Source: a virus
Taxonomy: Duplodnaviria; Caudoviricetes
Direction: 5' to 3' (one strand)
Length of the DNA stretch: 64,000 nucleotides
IMG/VR virus record: IMGVR_UViG_3300021255_002539
Location: 288,001 to 352,000 of that record
Position numbers and translations under genes: made by a program
The notes under the pieces: generated by a model
Told to the model about the DNA's origin: nothing
Seen by the model: the letters and a program-made list of their open reading frames with translations, nothing else
Database searches by the model: none
Shown: positions 1-9,257 of the stretch, piece after piece
How the letters are laid out: every line of letters starts with the position of its first letter
How positions within the stretch are numbered: the stretch's first letter is position 1

Positions 1-598
1 CCAATGGCTCGGTCTCGCTCTCCATCCTCTCCACTATTCTGTCGATGGCCTTTTTTGACAACCCCAAGCAGCTGCTGTCGTATACGACCGAATCGTACCT
101 CATGACCAGGGCCTGATCCCAGTTCTGATTTACCTCGTTCCCCTCCAAGTCGAAGTACTTTCCCCAACAACCCTTTCCATTGCCCATCCAACCCTTCCTA
201 CGGAACGGCGCGTAGTTCATTATGTCGTAGTCGTCTGGAGTTGCGTCCAATATGGTCTGGATTTCACCCAAGTCCTTTCTGAACACGATGTCGTCCTCCA
301 GGAATAGAACATGGTTGAATTGCTGATACTGCAATCTCTTCAACAAGATATAGCATTGCAGTGTATATTCCCTGATGTTCATGGTTATCTTCTTGTTCAC
401 GCCCTTTTTCCTCCAAGTTATCATCTTGGTGAAGAACCAAGGTGTCGTGAATTCCATATCCAACCTGCCAGACCTGGAAATCCCAACCCTGTCCAACTCG
501 GACATCAACTTGGGCAACCTTTCTGCCTTGGGCGTGAAGTGCATGCAGACTATTCTGTCGAACCTGTTCCACATCGCTGAAGTTCCCTCAATCGACAT
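1..598 (-). CDS. Glycosyltransferase family 25-like protein (partial, runs off the left edge; missing from the ORF track)
   Basis: Manual translation from ATG 598: MSIEGTSAMWNRFDRIVCMHF..ER..GI..HVLFLEDDIVF..TPDDYDI..CLGLSKKA, matching GT25 motifs (FDxI.., LEDD, P.D.D.I). Confidence 0.7.
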   Translation of the reverse strand, partial: MSIEGTSAMWNRFDRIVCMHFTPKAERLPKLMSELDRVGISRSGRLDMEFTTPWFFTKMITWRKKGVNKKITMNIREYTLQCYILLKRLQYQQFNHVLFLEDDIVFRKDLGEIQTILDATPDDYDIMNYAPFRRKGWMGNGKGCWGKYFDLEGNEVNQNWDQALVMRYDSVVYDSSCLGLSKKAIDRIVERMESETEPL

Positions 599-933
599 CA
601 CTTCACCTCCATTCCAGATGGGGACAACTTGAATTCAACCACTGTCCATTCGTCTGTTGGTTCAACCTTCCAATAGAACTTGAGGTGGAATTCATTCGCC
701 AGGATTGTATCAGGCGTATTTACTGTCCCATCGCAAACCACCTTGGCCGCAGAAAGGCACTCCCCCCAATATTCGTCTACGACACCAGTGACTTTTTCGT
801 GGATTCTGCCCCATATTGTCGGACAATTCGCCTCGTACAGTGCGTTTGCCTCAATTGTCTGAGCAATATCACTATAGGCAAATGGCTTCAGGGTCATCCA
901 CCTTTCCTTTCGGGTTTGAACATTGGTTTCCAT
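598..933 (-). CDS. Hypothetical protein
   Basis: ORF in a tightly packed minus-strand operon with a GGGGA SD. Confidence 0.6.
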   Translation of the reverse strand: METNVQTRKERWMTLKPFAYSDIAQTIEANALYEANCPTIWGRIHEKVTGVVDEYWGECLSAAKVVCDGTVNTPDTILANEFHLKFYWKVEPTDEWTVVEFKLSPSGMEVK

Positions 934-935
934 GC

Positions 936-1157
936 TCAATTCCCCTTGCTCCATTCATCAACATCGTGGATGTCAAGCTTGTGCCTTGGAACTATGAGGA
1001 CTTCGCCAGAATGCCAGTCGAAGCCACAGGTCACTTCCTTCACTCCAACCACTGCACCATCTGGGCATATCCAACCTGCTGGCTCCCGAACGCATATGGA
1101 CACCTCGGCGCCTGCGTTGAAGTTGGATAGAACCTCAATCAACTCTGCTACTGTCAT
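936..1157 (-). CDS. Hypothetical phage protein (MTVAELIEVL family)
   Basis: Common small phage protein N-terminus; ATGA overlap with the upstream gene. Confidence 0.65.
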   Translation of the reverse strand: MTVAELIEVLSNFNAGAEVSICVREPAGWICPDGAVVGVKEVTCGFDWHSGEVLIVPRHKLDIHDVDEWSKGN

Positions 1158-1474
1158 TCTCCACCCCTTTGCCCATCTACTGCATCCTGTATGATCTTCT
1201 TCACGAGAAGAAAACCCTCCCCAGGGGAGACATCCTCGTTGGGTGCATCCCCATCCTCAATTGCCTTGAGCCAGTCGTTGTGCGCCTTCTCTGCTGCCTT
1301 GTCAAGCATCTGGTAGAGTTCGTCCAAGTTGTCTGGGGCGAGACTCCATCCAATCCTCCACCAATTGCCCATTGCCTTTTCCATCAGGGCTTCACAATCC
1401 TTGTTGAACAAGTCTCGCTTGTCTGCCCTTGCGTCGTCCCATATCCTTTGCTTTGATGTTTCAAAGTCAATCAT
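1154..1474 (-). CDS. Hypothetical protein
   Basis: AAGGAG SD before ATG 1474; operon packing. Confidence 0.65.
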   Translation of the reverse strand: MIDFETSKQRIWDDARADKRDLFNKDCEALMEKAMGNWWRIGWSLAPDNLDELYQMLDKAAEKAHNDWLKAIEDGDAPNEDVSPGEGFLLVKKIIQDAVDGQRGGE

Positions 1475-1478
1475 GTCT

Positions 1479-2105
1479 CTATTTCTCCTTTGTTTCAATT
1501 ATACGCCTTTTCGTCTTGTTGTAGACTATTATCCAGCCAATGTCGTCGAATATGCATCCCACGCCCCAAAGCAATATGGCAGAATTGAGGCTGGGCATTG
1601 CCAGAATAGCAATGGCGAAACCAAGCACCGCAACGCCATTTCTGAATATGGAGCTGGTGTTGTCGTACATCTCCCTTTCCTTGCCATTCCAGAGCTTGGA
1701 TTGGAACATCATGATGCACTTGCCGATGAAGGTCGTTATTATGGAGGAATACAGCAAAGTGAGGATTGCGAACACCCAGACATTGTAGTTCACGAACACC
1801 AGATACAAGGACAGGGCGAACGACCCAAGGGATTCTGCCAACGCGAACCAGGTGAAGAACCTCATTGCGAATTCCCGGGTCTTGTTCTTCCATATCGCGC
1901 CTATTACTAGCGCCGACATGCAGCACCACGCACCCTCGAACGATATGTACTCTGCTGGGAGCTTGGATATGATTTCCTTGACTATTGGTGGGTTCGCGTA
2001 GGTGTAGATTAGCCCAGATATGGCAGACGAAAACAGGAGATACCCTTGGTTCTCCTGCACTTGGATGTTTAGAACCCGCTTGAAGAAATGCCAAAACCTG
2101 GACAT
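1479..2105 (-). CDS. Multi-pass membrane protein (half-MFS-like); ends in TAG
   Basis: About 6 hydrophobic segments. Confidence 0.6.
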   Translation of the reverse strand: MSRFWHFFKRVLNIQVQENQGYLLFSSAISGLIYTYANPPIVKEIISKLPAEYISFEGAWCCMSALVIGAIWKNKTREFAMRFFTWFALAESLGSFALSLYLVFVNYNVWVFAILTLLYSSIITTFIGKCIMMFQSKLWNGKEREMYDNTSSIFRNGVAVLGFAIAILAMPSLNSAILLWGVGCIFDDIGWIIVYNKTKRRIIETKEK

Positions 2106-2107
2106 CT

Positions 2108-2299
2108 TCAGTTTTTCATGGTCTGCTTGATGTTGCTCAGGGTCCCGACTGACTCCTCGTACCACTGGTCAATCGCAGGTTTCTCCACCCCAATGTTCTG
2201 AAGAATCTGATGGAACCGCCAATCAGGGCAAGCCTCCACGGTCGCCTTGATGTGTTCGACTATCAATCTGTTCGCTTCAAGTCTTGTCATCGTCAACAT
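2108..2299 (-). CDS. Hypothetical protein (PDWRFHQIL motif)
   Basis: Small conserved-looking phage protein. Confidence 0.6.
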   Translation of the reverse strand: MLTMTRLEANRLIVEHIKATVEACPDWRFHQILQNIGVEKPAIDQWYEESVGTLSNIKQTMKN

Positions 2300-2562
2300 A
2301 TTCCCTTCAGCTTTTCATCCACCGCTGCCCAATAGCCCTCATGAAATGCCAAGTACTCCTTGGTGCAGCCGTCCTTGATGGAAATACCCCTCTCCTGCGC
2401 CAAGTCATGGACAGCATCCTGCAGGTTGTTGATTGCATAGCACATTGGCTTCGGCAATTTGTAGTCACCAGCCACAATTGAATGTGCCAAGTTGAACGCC
2501 CAAGTCAGGACATTCTGCTCGTTCTTTGTCAACCTTGGTGGTGTTGGCAGATTTGTCTTCAT
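2293..2562 (-). CDS. Hypothetical protein
   Basis: ATGA overlap, GGAG SD. Confidence 0.6.
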   Translation of the reverse strand: MKTNLPTPPRLTKNEQNVLTWAFNLAHSIVAGDYKLPKPMCYAINNLQDAVHDLAQERGISIKDGCTKEYLAFHEGYWAAVDEKLKGIC

Positions 2563-3065
2563 TTCTGTTCTCCATTGTTGTTTCTCAACACATCGATTAT
2601 ACGCCTTGCGTCCTCAATTGTCAAGCCATATTTCATGTCGGTTTTCACGACCTTTGAGTTGTCCACATATGGCAAGATGTCCACTGTCTCGTCGTCCACA
2701 ACGCAATATGCATCCACTTCTGGATGCTCTGACAGCCATTGCTTGATCTCCATGCCCCTTCTGCCCAGCTTGTCGTTCCCAGTTTGGCCAGCGAACACCT
2801 CGTCCCTGGTTCTATGCAGCATCTCGGCAAGTACATCCCTCCAGTTTCTGTCTGGTTGGTATGGCGCATAGCTAGTGTGATGCCTCCAGGACGAAGATAC
2901 CACAATCCTGCAATCGGTGTTGGCTATGATGAACCGAAGTCTGGCTACCAGTTGGGGGTTCAGTCCATAACGCCACTCGTCCAAGTCCACCCATTCGTGG
3001 TCGTCAGATGGAGTTGGATAGGCGCAATTGAGAACGCCATCTATGTCCAGGAACAGAACCTTCAT
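2559..3065 (-). CDS. HAD-superfamily phosphatase (Swiss Army Knife RNA-repair HAD type)
   Basis: MKVLFLDIDGVLN, IVVSSSWR, RGxEIKQWL and VVDD motifs. Confidence 0.85.
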   Translation of the reverse strand: MKVLFLDIDGVLNCAYPTPSDDHEWVDLDEWRYGLNPQLVARLRFIIANTDCRIVVSSSWRHHTSYAPYQPDRNWRDVLAEMLHRTRDEVFAGQTGNDKLGRRGMEIKQWLSEHPEVDAYCVVDDETVDILPYVDNSKVVKTDMKYGLTIEDARRIIDVLRNNNGEQK

Positions 3066-3099
3066 ATCAGTTGCGTGATGGAGCCTCTTCTTGCCATCG

Positions 3100-3351
3100 T
3101 CAGTGGATTCCACCGGCCTTTCGGTTTCGGCTGATCTTTTGGGAATTGCCAAAAGGCATGGACTTTCTGAACTGACCCCTTCCACTCGGTCCCATGAACA
3201 CAGGACCTCGGTTCGACTTTTTGTTGCATTTGCAAGTGCCAATCTGTTTGATTGCTGCCGATACCTGAAGGTTGGTGACGACCATTATTATCATCTGAAC
3301 CAGCAATACCATGCCACACGCGATTAGCGCAATTGTAGTTGTTGTTGTCAT
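3100..3351 (-). CDS. Small single-pass membrane protein
   Basis: N-terminal hydrophobic helix, basic tail, GGAGG SD. Confidence 0.55.
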   Translation of the reverse strand: MTTTTTIALIACGMVLLVQMIIMVVTNLQVSAAIKQIGTCKCNKKSNRGPVFMGPSGRGQFRKSMPFGNSQKISRNRKAGGIH

Positions 3352-3929
3352 GTTGCTTTCTTCCTCCTGTTTTTTGTGTTCTTTTCTTCCTTCTTCCCAC
3401 GAAACTCCCATTGCGAAACCACAGTGTAGGATTTCGAGTTGGATTTCGTGCAAATCAATCCTGTCCCACAATCCCTGTCCACTGGGATGTAGCTTTTCGC
3501 CTCGTCCACTATCCAGGTCATTGTCTGGTCAGAGAACTTGATTCCGTACTTCGAGTGTGCGTATTCCACCCCAAGCATCGTAATCCACAGTTCGTATTGG
3601 TACTTGGATGTGTCGTTCCAAGCATAGCCCTCCACTTGCGACGGAACCCGCTTCGACAACACGCAATGCGAGAGTTCGTGGAAGAACGCAATCAACATGC
3701 TCTCTATGGGGTTGTCGCAGTTGGAGTGGATTCCGTGACCCTTGACCTTATCACCCATCTTCGCCTTCACGAATGGCGAGAGCATGATTGTGTTTCCAGT
3801 GGAGCCCCCGTAGTTGTAGCCACCCATTCCCTCGTTCGCCTTGAGGAATGTGAGCTTTACGCCCTCCTGCTTGGCAATTGAGCGCATCAACTTCTTGGTG
3901 GATTCCAATGTTCGGGTGTATGTCTTCAT
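3348..3929 (-). CDS. HExxH zincin-like metallopeptidase
   Basis: FFHELSH motif with a downstream Glu. Confidence 0.55.
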   Translation of the reverse strand: MKTYTRTLESTKKLMRSIAKQEGVKLTFLKANEGMGGYNYGGSTGNTIMLSPFVKAKMGDKVKGHGIHSNCDNPIESMLIAFFHELSHCVLSKRVPSQVEGYAWNDTSKYQYELWITMLGVEYAHSKYGIKFSDQTMTWIVDEAKSYIPVDRDCGTGLICTKSNSKSYTVVSQWEFRGKKEEKNTKNRRKKAT

Positions 3930-5355
3930 CAGGCCACCTTTCTGTACACTGGCTTGTGTCCGGGCTTGAGCGAGACCATCTTGCTTTTGCCGAGGTGGCG
4001 TTTGGGGATGTGTGACTCGCCCTTTGTGGTGGTATAGAGCAGTTCTGAACGGATGCCCAGTTCCAGGCAGAGTTCGTTCAGCTTAGTACGCTCCTTCACC
4101 TTGCTGTGTACGACCGTGATGTAGTTGCTTTGCTTCAGATTCACGAGCATCTTGCGCATCTCCTGCATGTCGATGTTCACGAGGGAGTCTATCACAATCT
4201 CCTTGTGGGGCTTCGTGGCGTATTCCTCCCCCATGTACTCGTATGAGAACCGCTCAGAGTTCACGATGTACATGTTCTGGTTCCTGCCATTGATCTTGCC
4301 ATTGGACACATCTCCCTTCTTGCCATTCCTCGGACCTTCCTTCCACAGGTTGGAGTTCTCGAAGTGGTGGGCCAGGGACTCGTGTGCAGTTCTGATGAAC
4401 ATCTTGTACCCCTTGTCAACATACATCTTGCACAGGGTCTCCAAGAACTTCGTGCCCAGACCCAGACCTTGGAAGTCGGGGAGTATGACCAGACGATGGA
4501 CTGCCTTGCTGAAGTTCAACGAGCCATTCGGATATGGGCGTATTGCGCAGAATCCAACATAGGCGTCGTTCCACTTCAAGACCCAACAATCTGCCGCCAG
4601 GAGAAGATCGTGGCTCAGATAGTGATACGGAGCGAATATCTTCCAGACCTCTCCCTTGCGCTCCGATTCAACTCGCTCGAAGGAGAGGTCGATGCTTTTC
4701 CCAGGCGGAACCCCCTGAGGTCATATACCTTTTCGGTGTTCAGGTCAACGAGGATGTCCGGCTTGAGCATGGGGATGATGTCGTAGTGGCATCCACAGAA
4801 GATGACATTCTTGAGCCCGTTCTTCCGGATGTACTTCTGAACGCTATGGCTGGCACTCATTGCGCACTCCCTGTTCACCACGCTCGTGTATTCGTCAATC
4901 ATGACCTTGGATTCGAGGTTGAGCGCGAGATCGGCCCGGAAACCCTCGCCAGTGGAGAGGACATTCCTGGGACGGCACCAATGGGGAATCGAGTTCAGCC
5001 CAACTGACTTGAGCTTGGACTTGCCTTTCTTGGGGTTGTCCGGGAAGTTCGATATGATTGCCTTGGAGTTGTCGTAGACCTTGTTGGGGAAATGCCAACC
5101 AGCCTTCTCGAACGCCTTGAGGAATGTGGACTTGCCAGCACCAGAGGGACCGACAATCTGGATGATGTTCACATCCAGGTTCAGAATCTCGTTGGGGATG
5201 ACGAAGGGGTATACCTTGGACTCCCCAGTGAACTCGTAATCGAATGCCTTCTTGATGAGGTTGATGCCCTCGTCAATCGGCACCTTGCTTACTTTTGGCT
5301 CGGTGCTTCGCTTCAACTCGCAAAGCACGGGCGCGTTCTCCCAGCTTTCACTCAT
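3929..5355 (-). CDS. ABC-type ATPase / Mom-like GNAT acetyltransferase fusion made by a -1 frameshift at 4696-4702 (about 475 aa; unshifted product ends at 4615)
   Basis: Walker A GPSGAGKST, LSTGE signature, IDEYTS. The -1 frame gives WKIFAPYHYL..VGFCAI..RLVILPDFQGLGLG (GNAT motif A). Confidence 0.85.
4646..4716 (-). promoter_or_regulatory. Programmed -1 ribosomal frameshift signal
   Basis: SD-like AGGGGG, 8 nt, slippery G GGA AAA, 5 nt, stem GACCTCTCC...GGAGAGGTC. Confidence 0.8.
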
Positions 5356-5383
5356 TTCTTGCGTTTCTCCTTGTTTGCTTTTG

Positions 5384-5593
5384 TTATAGACCAATCCCAC
5401 GGAAGTTGAAGTCTCCCCTACTTACGGCCAGCCTTTCGGCATCCCTGGCGGCCTCGTAGTCGCTCCGCTCACGTTCCTCCTTGGCGCACTGCATGCAGAT
5501 GCAGTCGGTGTTGTACATCGACATCGTGCGTCCACCATCAAGGGGCGATCCACACCTGTCGCAAGTTTTCTGCGTAAAGAACTTGTCTGCCAT
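5384..5593 (-). CDS. Small Cys-rich (Zn-binding) protein
   Basis: CDRCG..RTMSMYNTDCICMQC. Confidence 0.7.
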   Translation of the reverse strand: MADKFFTQKTCDRCGSPLDGGRTMSMYNTDCICMQCAKEERERSDYEAARDAERLAVSRGDFNFRGIGL

Positions 5594-5617
5594 TGTCTAT
5601 CTCCTTTCAACACCTAT

Positions 5618-5653
5618 AGTATAGCATAATCAGGTGGTGAATGTCAATACCCC
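5618..5653 (-). promoter_or_regulatory. Class I (early, sigma70-type) promoter
   Basis: GGGGTA-TTGACA-N18-TATACT with extended -10 TG. Confidence 0.8.
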
Positions 5654-5670
5654 TTGGACAAGAAAACCAC

Positions 5671-6033
5671 TTACTCCAGGAATTCGTCAATGTCAACAAC
5701 CCCAATTCGTTGCTTCGTCGAGTCGGTCTGGCGTTGTTCAAGTGCAGGCTTCAGCCAGGACATCACCTTGGTGTCCAGGCATAGTTGAACCCTCTCCGGC
5801 GGTATGTCCCCCCAGACGCAAACCTCATCCAGTTCTGGTTGCCATGTTGTGATTGGGCAGTCAAGACCATCTATATCCACCTCAAGCAGCACCATTCCCT
5901 GTTGAATCCAACTATTGGGCTTTTCGGAAAGGGAGATGAACGCAGACTTGTGGAGACCATGTTCCCTCAACAACCCACACTTCAAGATGGAAGTGAGGTT
6001 CTTTGATGGGGTTGCATGGTAGAGGGTCTTCAT
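5671..6033 (-). CDS. ADP-ribosyltransferase/KptA-fold protein
   Basis: LYHAT..ILKCGL..ISLS..LLEVD..E..IPPE pattern. Confidence 0.6.
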   Translation of the reverse strand: MKTLYHATPSKNLTSILKCGLLREHGLHKSAFISLSEKPNSWIQQGMVLLEVDIDGLDCPITTWQPELDEVCVWGDIPPERVQLCLDTKVMSWLKPALEQRQTDSTKQRIGVVDIDEFLE

Positions 6034-6380
6034 GGCGTCAGGAATACCTTGAGGGGATACCAGTCCGAACCATCGAACAACCTGTTCTTTCCCTTGCCAT
6101 AGAGGATGATGGAGCAGGAACCACGGCTATCCTTGTCAATCACCTTCAGCCAATCCTTCGCCTCGGCGAACGTGCTGAACTTCTGCGCGTCGTTTGGCAG
6201 GTCAATCCACTTTTCCTGCTCCCAGAACATACACTCGTCCTCGGTGGAGATGTGGTCAGCCTCGTTGTAGAAGCCACCGAAGAACTTGTCCTCGTCAGTG
6301 TCTGGGTCGTGCCACACCAGCATGAACGCAATGTGGTTTTTGTCCACAGACGAAACAGTTTCGATCTTGTTCTCAGCCAT
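6030..6380 (-). CDS. Hypothetical protein
   Basis: Operon packing, SD. Confidence 0.6.
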   Translation of the reverse strand: MAENKIETVSSVDKNHIAFMLVWHDPDTDEDKFFGGFYNEADHISTEDECMFWEQEKWIDLPNDAQKFSTFAEAKDWLKVIDKDSRGSCSIILYGKGKNRLFDGSDWYPLKVFLTP

Positions 6381-6381
6381 A

Positions 6382-6603
6382 TTACTTCCCCCTCTTCGCC
6401 CGTGCCTTGGCCAGCCTCTCTGCGGCCGCCTTGCGCTGCTCGTCAGTCATGTTCCTCGCCCTCCTGGGGTTCTTGCCCAGACGATACTGCCAAAGCGGGC
6501 ATGTCTTCACAGGGCACTCCTTGACTTCGTTTCGCTCTCCACAACAGCAATCCAGACACTTTGCCTTGATTGCCTTGATTGGCGTGATGTTGGACTCGCT
6601 CAT
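6382..6603 (-). CDS. Small Cys-rich protein (KAIKAKCLDC..C..CPLW family)
   Basis: Recognisable conserved phage motif; AAGGAG SD. Confidence 0.75.
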   Translation of the reverse strand: MSESNITPIKAIKAKCLDCCCGERNEVKECPVKTCPLWQYRLGKNPRRARNMTDEQRKAAAERLAKARAKRGK

Positions 6604-6628
6604 TTGCTCGTTCTCCTTCTTTGGTCTA

Positions 6629-6657
6629 TTATACCACTTTTTGGTTGTTCTGTAAAA
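6629..6657 (-). promoter_or_regulatory. Class II promoter
   Basis: TTTACA-N17-TATAAT. Confidence 0.6.
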
Positions 6658-7539
6658 CTACGGGTGGTTACCCTTCAAGGTTTCGTCCAGGGAGTTCCAC
6701 ACCTCTGTCTTTTCGTATTCGTGCTTGTCCCCATTCCAGGACTTGTGTACAATGGAGAGTACATCCTCAGCAGCGAACAGCCTGTTGATCCTATGGTACT
6801 CCCACTTGTCGTAATAGATGGACTTGAGGTAGGTATATGCGGTCTTCACCACTGGGATATTGATTGGTTCTCCTGTTTTGTCAAGCGAAATCAAGTCGGG
6901 GTTGTAGCGATATATGATATAATCCAGTCTTCTGCTGTCGATATCCACCCTTACAGCCCGCTTGGATGGCCCGTCCACCTTCATTGTCTGCCAACCACAA
7001 TATGGAGAATTGGCGAGGTCGATTATCTTCTTCCAATCCGCAATCGTGGCGTCGTAGGTCTCAACTGACTTGTCGTCGGCCAACACCTTGTCCCGAATCT
7101 TCTCGTTGTATCGTTCAAGCAGTCGGTTCATCCACATTGGCACCTGCATATCCTCAGACACCTTGGCATTCGTCAGATTGCCATTCTTGTCCAGTTTCCC
7201 ATCCATCATGTAGATTGAGCGCAGAACCTTGTTCTTTTCGTGGACAACCGTAGCCCTCCTCCACAACTTGAAGCCATATTCCCATGTGCCATCGAAATGG
7301 TGGAGCTTCACGAACATCGGAATCCTGTCGTCCGAAAACGAATCCTTGAGTTGCTGGTACGTGGCGCACACATCCTCTATTTGGAGTTCCTCCAGTTCAC
7401 CATCGTCCTTGGACAGAACCATCGCATAGTCGTTGCTGGAATACTTGCCAGAGTGAATCGCCTCTCGTATGCTCTGCCAGAGACCGCAATTGGCAAGTTC
7501 CTTTGGCGTAATCTCCTCAACCCACTTCACTGCCTTCAT
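6658..7539 (-). CDS. Hypothetical protein; ends in TAG
   Basis: 293-aa ORF with phage-typical codon usage. Confidence 0.7.
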   Translation of the reverse strand: MKAVKWVEEITPKELANCGLWQSIREAIHSGKYSSNDYAMVLSKDDGELEELQIEDVCATYQQLKDSFSDDRIPMFVKLHHFDGTWEYGFKLWRRATVVHEKNKVLRSIYMMDGKLDKNGNLTNAKVSEDMQVPMWMNRLLERYNEKIRDKVLADDKSVETYDATIADWKKIIDLANSPYCGWQTMKVDGPSKRAVRVDIDSRRLDYIIYRYNPDLISLDKTGEPINIPVVKTAYTYLKSIYYDKWEYHRINRLFAAEDVLSIVHKSWNGDKHEYEKTEVWNSLDETLKGNHP

Positions 7540-7862
7540 GATACACTCCCTTTCTTCGACAACACATCCTCGTTCACCTTCTTCGTGCCATCGTATGTGG
7601 TCACGACCAACTGGACCACACCCCGTTTGGCGTTGGATGGTATGAACGACTTTGTTTCCACTGTATACCTCTCCATCGCGGCAGTGAAGTTGCCATAGTC
7701 AGACCTGAATGTCCTGACCTTGTTGCTCTTGTATACATACATCGCAACCACCGAGTAGATGTTCTTGTACCCACTTGAATGGCGTTTCTCCAGATGCGTT
7801 CTGCACCCGAAGTCGTCGAAGTATGGCACATATGCTGACGTTTTCTTTACCCTTTTTCCCAT
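7536..7862 (-). CDS. Hypothetical protein
   Basis: Directly behind a class I promoter. Confidence 0.6.
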   Translation of the reverse strand: MGKRVKKTSAYVPYFDDFGCRTHLEKRHSSGYKNIYSVVAMYVYKSNKVRTFRSDYGNFTAAMERYTVETKSFIPSNAKRGVVQLVVTTYDGTKKVNEDVLSKKGSVS

Positions 7863-7871
7863 AGCACACAT

Positions 7872-7900
7872 ATTGTAGCATATATGGGTCGGAATGTCAA
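7872..7900 (-). promoter_or_regulatory. Class I promoter
   Basis: TTGACA-N17-TACAAT with extended -10. Confidence 0.75.
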
Positions 7901-7919
7901 TAGACCTTGGGTATTCAAG

Positions 7920-8294
7920 TCAGAGCTGAATTTCCTCAACCTCCACGCCAGTGTTCTTGGTAATCCAATCTGCCACGAGATGTCTATGGCAGAACTCACC
8001 TGGCTTTTCGTAGCAAAGCATCACTGCGCCATCCCCCAGATTCCTGACGACTTCGTTTGGATCAAGCTTGCTCAATACAGTGTTGTTGTATTGTTCCACA
8101 TAGAACATATTTGGCAAGTGGTTGTCGTGCCAATATTGCCACCACAACTTCTTGGGTGCGAGTTCTGGCATGAAATGGGCGTTCGGCATGTCGTGGAAGG
8201 ACTTTGGGGCATATCCAGCGATGCAGACCAAGTTGTCGAACCCCATTTCCTGCAGGTTCTTGACATTTGCGAAATAGGACGTGTATATGTTCAT
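7920..8294 (-). CDS. DUF488-like protein
   Basis: MNIYTSYFA, ELAP, LCYEKPGEFCHRHLVA. Confidence 0.8.
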   Translation of the reverse strand: MNIYTSYFANVKNLQEMGFDNLVCIAGYAPKSFHDMPNAHFMPELAPKKLWWQYWHDNHLPNMFYVEQYNNTVLSKLDPNEVVRNLGDGAVMLCYEKPGEFCHRHLVADWITKNTGVEVEEIQL

Positions 8295-8305
8295 TGGGTG
8301 TCCAA

Positions 8306-8758
8306 TCACTTGAGCAAGCCTTGAAGAACCTTTGCGCAGAATTTCTTGTCGCAATTCGTGGGAAGCATCTTCATCAAGCTTCCAAAGTCCTTCTTCGTCA
8401 GACTTCTGCCAAGTTGCTCTTCGTTCTTTGCAACCAACTCCTTTATGATTGCCTCAATTTGGTCGTTGGGAATCATGGATGGAAGAAATTCAGAAACAAT
8501 GGCAAGTTCACCCCTTGCCTTCTCCTCCAAGTCTATTCTGGATGCCATCTTCGCTGATTCAATGGAGTCCTCCACCTGCTTTGCGAACTTCTTGAGGCAA
8601 GAGACCACGATTTCCTCTGTGATGTCCTTTCCCTCGTTCACGGTCTTGTTCTTGACGTCAGAAACCACCATTCTGAGGACATCACTCTTCGTGGAATTGC
8701 CCGCCTTCATGGATTGCTTGATTGCATCTTGTATTCTGTCATATGTCTCGCTTGCCAT
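8306..8758 (-). CDS. GatB/YqeY domain protein
   Basis: I..AIKQSMKA..VLR..K..DSI...E....SEFLP..K.DFG.LMK. Confidence 0.85.
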   Translation of the reverse strand: MASETYDRIQDAIKQSMKAGNSTKSDVLRMVVSDVKNKTVNEGKDITEEIVVSCLKKFAKQVEDSIESAKMASRIDLEEKARGELAIVSEFLPSMIPNDQIEAIIKELVAKNEEQLGRSLTKKDFGSLMKMLPTNCDKKFCAKVLQGLLK

Positions 8759-8776
8759 TGTTGAAGTCCTTTCTGT

Positions 8777-9073
8777 TCATCTGATTATTGGTGTGTCTGG
8801 TGTTGGCTCTTCGGAAGGTTCGCTTCCCTTTGGTGGATATTTCCTCGCAAGTTCCCTTGCTGTGAGCATGTCGTCCTCTTCGTGGTAGCCTTCAGATGCG
8901 TACATTATCTTGCAGAGTCTGGGCAACAAATTCTCAGGCTTGTACCCACCCGGGTAGTCCCCCTCGCATTGGGCAGCAAGCCGCAACTCCCGATCTATTT
9001 GACGCAGGGTATATGCCATCGAAAGTGCCTTGTCCCTCATGCTTTCGTACCGTAGTTTCTCTTCGTCTGTCAT
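8777..9073 (-). CDS. Hypothetical protein
   Basis: ORF behind a TGG-TATAAT element. Confidence 0.55.
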   Translation of the reverse strand: MTDEEKLRYESMRDKALSMAYTLRQIDRELRLAAQCEGDYPGGYKPENLLPRLCKIMYASEGYHEEDDMLTARELARKYPPKGSEPSEEPTPDTPIIR

Positions 9074-9257
9074 GTCTATATTATACCACATTTGACTTCG
9101 GGTGTTCAACCCTCACCCGGAATATCGTGGGTCTCGTGGCTTCGTCTGGGAATTCCAATCTGAATTGGGATACTGCGTCCTCGTATGTGTTGACCTCGTA
9201 CTTTCGGCTCTGCTCCTTGTCATCTTCTTGCTTGAAGTGGAACTCAACGATCTCCAT

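Noticed and set aside
4615-5400. ABC transporter
   Set aside because: No permease or binding protein in the unit; the ATPase is the soluble type linked to a GNAT domain
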